32,000 nucleotides of DNA from Candidatus Omnitrophota bacterium (GTDB taxonomy: Bacteria; Omnitrophota; Gorgyraeia; Zapsychrales; JANLHA01), in the NCBI GenBank assembly GCA_963662715.1, contig OY759724.1, forward strand, positions 330,001 to 362,000. The letters are read 5' to 3'. Made by a program: the position numbers and the translations under genes. Shown here one piece after another: positions 7,045-14,424 of this stretch; the first letter of the stretch is position 1, and the number at the start of each line of letters is the position of its first letter. Under the pieces are notes generated by a model. That model did not search any database. It worked only from the letters and a program-made list of their open reading frames with translations, and was not told the origin of the DNA.

Positions 7045-7902
7045 TGGAATTCAAGTACTATATTGTTTTATCTCTTCAAATTCCTGCATGAATTCTCTGA
7101 ACCGTGCCAGTTGCAGACGTTCTTCATCTAGTCGTACTATGCAGTGAGTTTGCGTAGCGATAAGAATCTAAGGCTGACTGGATCATTCTTATTGCTTTTA
7201 AAAGAATCTTTAATCTGTTCGGGGAGAGCTAGTGTTCCGAGAATTCTTGCTATGCATGACTAGTCTTCTCCAGTGTAACCGCAAGTTCTCTAACGACGCT
7301 GTTTATGCCGTGTGCTTCTTTAATCCTCACGTAATATTCTGTTTTCTCAAGGGAAAACTATTCTAGGAGTCTTATGTGGGTTTGATACATATTTCAGACT
7401 CTTTTTTGATTGTATCAATGTGGCCTAAGTCTTCAGAGGGGGGCAGAGACGACAACACTACTTATGATTTTTATTAACGATGTAAAAAAAAATTCAACCC
7501 AATAGGTGCGTGACTGTGTGAAGAAACTTTTTTTGAGGTGCTGGATGAATTCAATCATATCTGATGGAGAAAGGAGTATCTTCCCTCCATCAGAAAATTG
7601 CTTTCCGTTTTGCGAAAAAACGACTTGTGTTACACAAGTACGCTGGTTGCAAAACGGGCACAACTGGGGTTAATCACTTCAGTAGAAACCGCACAGTTCT
7701 GAGCCATAATTACATGCTCTTTAACTTTCCTTAACATCTTAAAATTTACAAAATCACGGGAGGGAATCTATTTCTATTCCACCACATTTCCACCACATAA
7801 AATCGATTCAAATTGAAAAAACGCGAATGTCATGGCTGACCATGGCTTGCAGTAACTTGTAATGTAAATCATTGATTTATATAGAGAAATGATATTTTTG
7901 GC

Positions 7903-7932
7903 ACAAAATAATGGGGTATCTTGCGATACCCC
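7903..7932 (-). terminator. Rho-independent terminator of ssrA
   Basis: Perfect 8-bp stem GGGGTATC / GATACCCC (7913-7920 and 7925-7932) with a 4-nt loop (GCAA on the minus strand). On the minus strand it is followed by ATTATTTTGTGC. It starts 11 nt after the tmRNA 3' end. Confidence 0.7.
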
Positions 7933-7943
7933 AAAACATAAAG

Positions 7944-8333
7944 TGGAGGTGCGGGGAATCGAACCCCGGTCCTTCAGCTGCTTTCCGTAAGCCTCTACAT
8001 GCTTAGTCTGCCGTTTACAATCACCTGAAAATCTCCGGCAAACAGGATATCCTCAGGCTATCCTTCTTAAGTTTCGCCGTGGCCCCGAAGGCCCTGGCCA
8101 CAGCTAGCCTGCTGAATGTCCTCTTAACAGCCCACAGGCCTGACGGTTAAAAGGGCCTCTCTTTTTTATTAAGCGAGGACTGGTTCGCCAGCAAAAATCG
8201 GTTCTACGATTTCGTTGGCTTTAGCGAGAATAGATTCGCCATTTGTGTGTGCCCGGATGATTAACGAGGCCAACCAGGCATCCTCGGCATGCCACTTACA
8301 GTCTCTCAACTGAAGTCGAGACCAATCACCCCC
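7944..8333 (-). ncRNA. ssrA: tmRNA (transfer-messenger RNA)
   Basis: On the minus strand the 5' end GGGGGTG pairs with the 3' end CACCTCC, including a G3:U pair, and is followed by discriminator A. The T-arm is CGGGG-TTCGATT-CCCCG. An internal tag ORF, GCC AAC GAA ... GCT TAA TAA (8219-8166), encodes ANEIVEPIFAGEPVLA plus a double stop. The gene lies directly downstream of smpB. CCA is not encoded. Confidence 0.9.
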
Positions 8334-8362
8334 AAATCATGAACAATTCGAAAGTGTCTTTT

Positions 8363-8390
8363 ATTATACAACAAAATATTTTTGAAACAA
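8363..8390 (-). promoter_or_regulatory. Candidate ssrA promoter
   Basis: On the minus strand there is TTGTTT (8385-8390), a 16-nt spacer and TATAAT (8363-8368). The -10 element ends 29 nt before the mature tmRNA 5' end, which fits a processed precursor. Confidence 0.4.
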
Positions 8391-8429
8391 AATATTTGCT
8401 GACTCCCCTAATGTCATCCCTTCTTTTCA

Positions 8430-8891
8430 TCAGGTCTTACGCTTGACCACCTTTAACGACTGCCGCAAGGCCCGGTCAATGTCCCGCTTTTTCATGGCTT
8501 CCCTTTTATCATAAAGCCTTTTTCCGGTCCCTAAAGCCAGTTCCACCTTGACCAGGCCGCGGTTATTCATATAAATTTTCGTCGGCACCAGGACCTTGCC
8601 CCGCTCTATCACCATAGAAGAAATTTTCTTTATCTCCCGCTTGTGCATCAACAGCCTTCTGGCGCGGTCAGGCTCTTCGTTCATATAGCTTGCTTCTTTA
8701 TAAGGGTTGATATGCAGGCTGTAAAGGATCACTTCCCCGTTTTCGATCTTCGCAAAACTGTCTTTGAAGTTCACAAAACCCGCACGGACAGACTTCACTT
8801 CGCCCCCCTTCAACTCAATCCCGCATTCCCATGTCTGGGACAGGAAATAGTTATGATAAGCTTTTTTATTTGTCGCCACAGGTTTTGCCAT
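8430..8891 (-). CDS. smpB: SsrA-binding protein SmpB
   Basis: 153 aa. It starts MAKPVATNKKAYHNYFLSQTWECGIELKGGEVKSVR and ends in the basic tail KRDIDRALRQSLKVVKRKT, both typical of SmpB. It is adjacent to ssrA. Confidence 0.95.
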   Translation of the reverse strand: MAKPVATNKKAYHNYFLSQTWECGIELKGGEVKSVRAGFVNFKDSFAKIENGEVILYSLHINPYKEASYMNEEPDRARRLLMHKREIKKISSMVIERGKVLVPTKIYMNNRGLVKVELALGTGKRLYDKREAMKKRDIDRALRQSLKVVKRKT

Positions 8892-8893
8892 AA

Positions 8894-9850
8894 TTAAGAG
8901 GGCCCCGCCAAAAAATTATAGATTGTTAAAACAAACGGGATTGTCAGAACACTCATAACAGACCCCCAAAAGATCCCCTGATTAACCAATTCGGAATCCA
9001 CCTTAAAATAACGGGTCATCATGGATAAGGAAACGGCGCTGGGGACCGCGGCTTCGATAACAACAAGAAAACCAAAGCTGTACCCTATATGAAAAATCTT
9101 AACAACAGCCAAGGCCAGCAGCGGCAATACGATCAGTTTCCCGACAATAAGAAGAGAGATGTCTGCCTTCCGCCGCAGCTGAAGTTTTGTCTTGGCCAAG
9201 TTCCCCCCGACAACGATCATGGCCAAAGGAAGCGTGCAGCCGGAAAACATCTCCACCGGTTTTAATACTGTCTGCGGAATCCACCGGTGCCCCCCCAAGA
9301 AAATCAGGATCAATGTGCATATCGTCGTAATAAACGGCGGGTTCAGCAGCCGGGACCAGTAAATCTTCTTGTCATGCTCACTGGTCAGGAGCCAGACGCC
9401 GAGGGACCAGACGGCGAAATCAAACCCCATGATCAATAAAAAAATATTAACCGTCAGCTGATGCTGCATTTTCCCCTCAAATAAAGACGCCACCAGCATT
9501 AAGGGAAAATACCCGTAATTCGCGAAACTCATCAGGGCCGTAAAATGATTTTTATTAGAGCACTGCGGATGGAAAAGCAGAATGCCGCGGCTGACAACCC
9601 ACCCGCTGAGAACCATCGCCAGACTCAAGGCAGGATACGCCCACCAGTTTGCGTATTCCTTAAAATCAAAATGCTGCGTGAGATGAAAAAAAATCATCTG
9701 CGGCAGAAACAGCTTAACCAGCAAGTTCGAAAGCGTATCCAAGCCCTGATCATCCAGGATAGCCCGCTTGACCAAAAAAAACCCCACACCCGCCATAAAA
9801 AGAATTTGCAGGGTCGCCAACAGTGTCGCCTGAAAAGTATCCATTAACAT
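8894..9850 (-). CDS. AEC (auxin efflux carrier) family membrane transporter
   Basis: 318 aa, polytopic and hydrophobic throughout. The AEC-type N-terminus reads LQILFMAGVGFFLVKRAILDDQGLDTLSNLLVKLFLPQMIF. Its stop lies 2 nt before the smpB ATG. Confidence 0.7.
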   Translation of the reverse strand: MLMDTFQATLLATLQILFMAGVGFFLVKRAILDDQGLDTLSNLLVKLFLPQMIFFHLTQHFDFKEYANWWAYPALSLAMVLSGWVVSRGILLFHPQCSNKNHFTALMSFANYGYFPLMLVASLFEGKMQHQLTVNIFLLIMGFDFAVWSLGVWLLTSEHDKKIYWSRLLNPPFITTICTLILIFLGGHRWIPQTVLKPVEMFSGCTLPLAMIVVGGNLAKTKLQLRRKADISLLIVGKLIVLPLLALAVVKIFHIGYSFGFLVVIEAAVPSAVSLSMMTRYFKVDSELVNQGIFWGSVMSVLTIPFVLTIYNFLAGPS

Positions 9851-9964
9851 AGTAAAGGATTATAACAACTTAACCTGTATTGAGCAACGGATTATTGGTA
9901 AGAGGCGATATTGGCAGCATTTTCCGGGTCCTTTCTCGGACCGCGCTTAAAAGAAGGGAAAATA

Positions 9965-9993
9965 TTGACATAATATCCTTAAACCGCTATACT
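9965..9993 (+). promoter_or_regulatory. Strong sigma70-like promoter upstream of tRNA-Leu
   Basis: TTGACA (9965-9970), a 17-nt spacer and TATACT (9988-9993). The tRNA starts about 90 nt downstream. Confidence 0.5.
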
Positions 9994-10084
9994 TTGAGCT
10001 ACGATTTCACGCTGTGTTTTTTCGGACTTGATTCCGGCACGAGGGAATGTTGCCGCTCTTAAGGCATTTATTTTGATAGACATT

Positions 10085-10168
10085 GCCGAAGTGGCGAAAT
10101 TGGTAGACGCGCACGTTTCAGGGGCGTGTGGCCTTACGGCCATGTGGGTTCGAGTCCCACCTTCGGCA
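10085..10168 (+). tRNA. tRNA-Leu (anticodon CAG)
   Basis: Acceptor stem GCCGAAG / CTTCGGC with discriminator A. The D-arm is GCGAAATTGGTAGACGC. The anticodon stem CACGT/GCGTG encloses the loop TTCAGGG, giving anticodon CAG. The long variable arm is TGGCCTTACGGCCAT and the T-arm is GTGGG-TTCGAGT-CCCAC. Confidence 0.9.
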
Positions 10169-10178
10169 CTTTATTCTT

Positions 10179-10231
10179 AAGGACACAAAACTTAATAATT
10201 CCGCTATTAAGTATTGTGTCCTTTTATTTAT
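10179..10231 (+). terminator. Rho-independent terminator after tRNA-Leu
   Basis: The 10-bp arms AAGGACACAA (10179-10188) and TTGTGTCCTT (10214-10223) enclose an inner CTTAAT/ATTAAG pairing. TTATTTAT follows. Confidence 0.65.
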
Positions 10232-10425
10232 CCTCTGGTTTTTCCCTTGCTGTCCGAAATTTTACGTAATAAAATGAGGACTAATTCTGCCAATATGGCA
10301 GAAGATAAAAACACGGTAAAATCGTGGGGGACAACATCATTGACGGAGCCGACCGGGCACGCTTCACGCGGTGGATCGCCGACGCTACAGAACAACCCTT
10401 TTTACTAGAATTGGACGGATAAACC

Positions 10426-11859
10426 ATGGACCATACTCAAACTCAACTTCTGATCATCGGGGCCGGCCCCGGCGGATATGTCGCTGCCTTTCACGCCGCT
10501 GATTCCGGCCTGAATGTTACTTTAATTGACCGCGAAAAAAATCCCGGAGGCGTTTGCCTCTTCCGCGGCTGCATCCCTTCCAAAGCTTTACTGCATGTGG
10601 CGCGCATCCTTTCCGACGCCAGGGACGCCAAAGCGTTTGGGGTAGAATTCCGCGAACCGGATATTCATCCGGAAATTGTCCGCAAATGGAAGAACAGCGT
10701 CGTTGATAAATTGACCGGGGGGCTGGGGCAGCTGTCCCGGCAGAGAAACATCAACTTTATCCAGGGAGAAGCTGCTTTTCTTGATTCTCAAAATGTCGAA
10801 GTCAAAACAGCTGACGGCACGTTGTCTCAAATCCATTTCGACCATGCTATCATCGCGACCGGGTCTCAGCCTGTCACCCTTCCCTTTGCCCCTGAGTCGC
10901 CGCGGGTCATGGACTCCACGGCGGCTTTGGAATTAGCTGAAATCCCGCCGAGACTTCTTGTTATCGGCGGAGGATATATCGGACTGGAACTGGGGTCGGT
11001 TTATGCCGAACTGGGCAGCACGGTATCTGTCGTAGAAATGACGCCGCAGCTCCTTCCGGGAGTCGATCCGGACTTAAGCATGATCCTGAAAAAAAGGCTC
11101 CGGCTGAAATTCGAGGCCATCAAATGTCATACCCGGGTCACAGGACTGCAGGACACGGGGTCGGCCGTCGAGGTGACTTTCGAAGACGCCAAGGGGCAGA
11201 CAAATTCCGATTCATACGACAAAGTCCTTATCGCCATCGGCCGCAAACCGGACGCCTCCTCCCTGCGGCTGGAAAAAACAAAAGTCCGATTAACAGACCG
11301 CGGGTTTATTCAAATCAATGCCCAGCGCCGGACAGACGACCCCGCTATTTACGCGATCGGGGATGTCGCCGGGAACCCTATGCTGGCGCATAAAGCGTCT
11401 CACGAAGCCCGGGTGGCGGTGGACGCGATCCTCGGGAAGAACACCGCTTTCTCCCCGCAGGCCATCCCGGCCGTGGTCTTTACCGATCCGGAAATTGCCT
11501 GGTGCGGCCTAACGCAAGCCCAGGTGCAGGATCAAGGCCCGGACATCAAAATTCTAAAATTCCCCTGGGCGGCTTCCGGACGGGCTGTCACGTTAAACCG
11601 CACTGACGGGTTGACAAAGATTATGACAGACGCCCGGACAGGCCGCATCCTTGGTGTGGCTCTCGTTGGGACCGGGGTCGGAGAAATGATCGCGGAAGGG
11701 GTTCTGGCTGTCGAGATGGGAGCGGTTGCCGAAGATCTTATGCTGAGCATCCATCCCCATCCGACGCTATCGGAAACGATGATGGAAGCCGCCGAAAGTT
11801 TTTTCGGGCAGAGCATGCATATTTACAAGCCGCCCCGGAAAAAGCAGGACCTCATTTAA
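10426..11859 (+). CDS. lpdA: Dihydrolipoyl dehydrogenase (E3 component)
   Basis: 477 aa. It has the FAD motif IIGAGPGGYVAA, the redox-disulfide motif GGVCLFRGCIPSKALL, the NAD motif VIGGGYIGLELG and the C-terminal HPHPTLSE interface motif. Confidence 0.9.
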   Translation: MDHTQTQLLIIGAGPGGYVAAFHAADSGLNVTLIDREKNPGGVCLFRGCIPSKALLHVARILSDARDAKAFGVEFREPDIHPEIVRKWKNSVVDKLTGGLGQLSRQRNINFIQGEAAFLDSQNVEVKTADGTLSQIHFDHAIIATGSQPVTLPFAPESPRVMDSTAALELAEIPPRLLVIGGGYIGLELGSVYAELGSTVSVVEMTPQLLPGVDPDLSMILKKRLRLKFEAIKCHTRVTGLQDTGSAVEVTFEDAKGQTNSDSYDKVLIAIGRKPDASSLRLEKTKVRLTDRGFIQINAQRRTDDPAIYAIGDVAGNPMLAHKASHEARVAVDAILGKNTAFSPQAIPAVVFTDPEIAWCGLTQAQVQDQGPDIKILKFPWAASGRAVTLNRTDGLTKIMTDARTGRILGVALVGTGVGEMIAEGVLAVEMGAVAEDLMLSIHPHPTLSETMMEAAESFFGQSMHIYKPPRKKQDLI

Positions 11860-12857
11860 TTTTCTTCTATCCGGGTTAATAATTGCTTCAATTCCGGGCC
11901 GAAAATTTTTGAAAACTCGATAGAACCCAGCTGGTTCAGATGCTGGGAATTATAGAAATACTTTTCCTGCCGCGCCATTTCTGCCGAAGAGTAATCCATA
12001 AAAACAATGTCCCGGCCGTCACTCAGTTTTCTATAGATGGCTCTCACTTCATCCAAATTGACAACAAACTCGTTGAACTGATAATAAACCGGGGCATAAA
12101 CAAAAAACAGCCGGATACGTTTCTGCCGGCACAGCTGAACAAGCTCATTCAGAGCGGCCTTCCCCTCCTCGGTCATTTGCCCTTTAAGGCCTTGCGGATA
12201 AAGCCTTTTAACGGTTTTGACATCTTCCTCCTTATTCCAGTCTATGTTCACCGGGCAATAACCTTTGTAACAGTCAACCGTATCTTCCCGGCCGGTCAAC
12301 CCCTGGACCGCATCGACCGTAAAGTCATGACTTAACAGGGCAAAGCTGTATAAAGGGAAATACCTGGCTAAGATAAAATGTTTCGAAATCCCGGAAAGGG
12401 TTTGATAAATCTCTTTTTCGTTCAAATAAGGGATAAACTGTCCCGGATTATACGCCCGGGGCTTACGAAGGGTATTGCGTCCCACCACCTGAACAATAGC
12501 TTCCGGCGGGCGGTTGTATTTCAGGTAGACTTTTAACCGGGCCACCTGCAGGGCCAGGGAATTTCCCAGCAGGGCGATATTATAGACATCTTTATTCAGG
12601 TCCTCTTCCAGCAGAGAAACGTCCATGCCGGCTTGCGCCCGGGAAGCTCCAGTTATCAGGATGTCGGCATTAATTTCTCCCCGGACAATACGGTTCCATT
12701 CCCCGAAATCGCCGCTTCTCCTCGCGTAAAACCCTTCCATCAAATAAGCCTGGACAGCCAGACTGAGGATGACAAATATAACGGGAAAAGCGATCATGTC
12801 TCTTGCATTCTGATTCATGGCGTTAAAATTGGAAATAAATAAATTCGATCCCTTCAA
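11856..12857 (-). CDS. MBOAT-partner protein, DltD/AlgJ-type SGNH-like (tentative), membrane-anchored
   Basis: 333-aa ORF directly downstream of the MBOAT gene. It has one N-terminal TM segment (IAFPVIFVILSLAVQAYL) and a C-terminal YFYNSQHLNQLGSIEFSKIF reminiscent of DltD/DUF1574-type partners. The annotated start overlaps the MBOAT gene by 35 nt; an in-frame ATG at 12816-12818 (MNQNARD) lies 4 nt after the MBOAT stop. The stop codon shares bases with the lpdA stop (convergent TTAA). Confidence 0.45.
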   Translation of the reverse strand: MKGSNLFISNFNAMNQNARDMIAFPVIFVILSLAVQAYLMEGFYARRSGDFGEWNRIVRGEINADILITGASRAQAGMDVSLLEEDLNKDVYNIALLGNSLALQVARLKVYLKYNRPPEAIVQVVGRNTLRKPRAYNPGQFIPYLNEKEIYQTLSGISKHFILARYFPLYSFALLSHDFTVDAVQGLTGREDTVDCYKGYCPVNIDWNKEEDVKTVKRLYPQGLKGQMTEEGKAALNELVQLCRQKRIRLFFVYAPVYYQFNEFVVNLDEVRAIYRKLSDGRDIVFMDYSSAEMARQEKYFYNSQHLNQLGSIEFSKIFGPELKQLLTRIEEN

Positions 12858-14256
12858 ATTTCCCCAGAAAAATAATGCTGAAAAGTACCGCGTAATAAAA
12901 AATCCAGCGTGCGAACTTAGGCATCCTTAACGTCAGGTCTCTCAGCCGCCAGCGGCTCTGCAGCAAATGCACGATAATGAGCAGAGCTATCAAGGCCAAA
13001 GATACGGTAAAATCAAAAGTTTTATACGGGAAAGCGTCGTTGCCCCCCGGGCTGAACATATTTATTATAAGAGTTTTCACATCACGCAGCGACTGGGCTC
13101 TAAAAAATATCCATGAAAAAAGCACCAGGTGGTACGTGATGGCGATCCGAAGCATTTTGTACAGGGCCGGGACTCTCTCCAAATTCAGGAAAGACACCGC
13201 CCGGCGGCGCCAGCCTTCCGTCCAGACAGAAAAAAGCATATAAAATCCGTGAAGCGCCCCCCAGACAACAAACGTCCAGTTCGCGCCGTGCCAAAGACCG
13301 CTGATAACAAAAACGAAAATAAGATTAAGGTACCACCGCTGTACCGGGACGCGGTTGCCGCCGAGAGGAATGTACAAATAGTCCCGGAACCAGGTCGACA
13401 AAGAAATATGCCAGCGCCTCCAGAACTCGGCAATGGATACGGCAAAATAAGGGCGCCGGAAATTCTCCATGATTTCAAAGCCCATGATCCTGGCGGCTCC
13501 GATAGCAATATCCGAATAGCCGGAGAAATCGCAATAAATTTGAAAAGCAAAAAACGTCGTGGCGATGTAAACCGTCGCGCCATGCCATTGCGCGGGATGC
13601 CCGTAAACAAAATTCACAAAAAAGGCCAAGCGGTCCGCGATGACGATCTTTTTAAAGAATCCCCATAACATAAGTTTCAGGCCGTCGCACATCCTGGGAT
13701 AGTCGAAATCATGTTTTTTAAAAAACTGCGGCAACAAGTGGCCGGCCCGCTCAATCGGGCCTGCGACCAGCTGCGGGAAGAAAGATACGTATAAGGCAAA
13801 AACCCCTAAATGCCTTTGAGGCTCCAGTCTTTTACGGTAGACATCAATCGTATAGCTTAGCGTCTGAAACGTATAAAAGGATATCCCTAAAGGAAGCAGG
13901 ACATTCAGATGAGGGAGATACGCGGACAAACCGAGGGTCTTGAACAAGGCGTTAAAACTGGACGAGAAGAAATTAAAATATTTAAAAACCGCCAGAATGC
14001 CCAAATTCGTCATAAGGCTCAGGACAAGAAACATCCGGCGTTTCACAGGGTTTTCCGTCCGCCCCATCTGCCATCCGGCAGTGTAATCCACCAAGGTTGA
14101 AACCACCAGTAAAAGAACATACGGGATGTTCCAGAACATATAAAACACGTAACTCGCCAGAAGAAGCCAGGCCCAGCGGAAACGGAAAGGGAAAAGGAAA
14201 TAAAGGGTAACAACGACAGGAAAAAATATTAAAAATTCTAGAGAATTAAAAAGCAT
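12823..14256 (-). CDS. MBOAT family O-acyltransferase (AlgI/DltB-like)
   Basis: 477 aa. It starts MLFNSLEFLIFFPVVVTLYF, typical of AlgI/DltB, and is polytopic. The conserved region FWRRWHISLSTWFRDYLYIPLGGNR and a later SGLWHG contain the MBOAT histidines. Confidence 0.85.
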   Translation of the reverse strand: MLFNSLEFLIFFPVVVTLYFLFPFRFRWAWLLLASYVFYMFWNIPYVLLLVVSTLVDYTAGWQMGRTENPVKRRMFLVLSLMTNLGILAVFKYFNFFSSSFNALFKTLGLSAYLPHLNVLLPLGISFYTFQTLSYTIDVYRKRLEPQRHLGVFALYVSFFPQLVAGPIERAGHLLPQFFKKHDFDYPRMCDGLKLMLWGFFKKIVIADRLAFFVNFVYGHPAQWHGATVYIATTFFAFQIYCDFSGYSDIAIGAARIMGFEIMENFRRPYFAVSIAEFWRRWHISLSTWFRDYLYIPLGGNRVPVQRWYLNLIFVFVISGLWHGANWTFVVWGALHGFYMLFSVWTEGWRRRAVSFLNLERVPALYKMLRIAITYHLVLFSWIFFRAQSLRDVKTLIINMFSPGGNDAFPYKTFDFTVSLALIALLIIVHLLQSRWRLRDLTLRMPKFARWIFYYAVLFSIIFLGKFEGIEFIYFQF

Positions 14257-14356
14257 GTGCGGGCTTGATTATTGGTATTAGGTGTTTTGCAGAAGTCTCT
14301 CTATTTAGAAAATTATACCTTTCCTTCCTTGATTGGGGAAGGACATTCTTGGCTTT

Positions 14357-14401
14357 AAAAAAACGGGACAGCATCCTTTTATTATAAAAATGCTGTCCCG
14401 T
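14357..14401 (-). terminator. Rho-independent terminator of the giant gene
   Basis: The 11-12-bp perfect stem CGGGACAGCAT (14364-14374) / ATGCTGTCCCG (14390-14400) is followed on the minus strand by TTTTTTT (14357-14363). It lies 24 nt after the TAA stop at 14425. Confidence 0.8.
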
Positions 14402-14424
14402 ATCTCTAAACAAACCTGATGTTT

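Noticed and set aside
7433-7663. 76-aa minus-strand ORF in the non-coding stretch next to ssrA
   Set aside because: It has a TTG start, no SD and no recognisable family. It contains a 9-bp inverted repeat (CTGATGGAG/CTCCATCAG, 7561-7593) and lies in decayed A+T-rich DNA. It is more likely a remnant or chance ORF than a gene.
9880-10062. 60-aa plus-strand ORF upstream of tRNA-Leu
   Set aside because: It spans the strong TTGACA-17-TATACT promoter and the tRNA leader, so a coding role is implausible.
10214-10408. 64-aa plus-strand ORF between tRNA-Leu and lpdA
   Set aside because: Its start lies inside the tRNA-Leu terminator stem. It has no RBS and no family resemblance.
13129-13668. 179-aa plus-strand ORF, and the similar ORFs 12977-13243 (plus strand) and 13185-13610 (minus strand, alternate frame), all inside the MBOAT gene
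   Set aside because: It lies antisense or out of frame to a well-supported MBOAT CDS. Its composition is Arg/Pro-rich and low in complexity, typical of shadow ORFs in GC-richer coding DNA.
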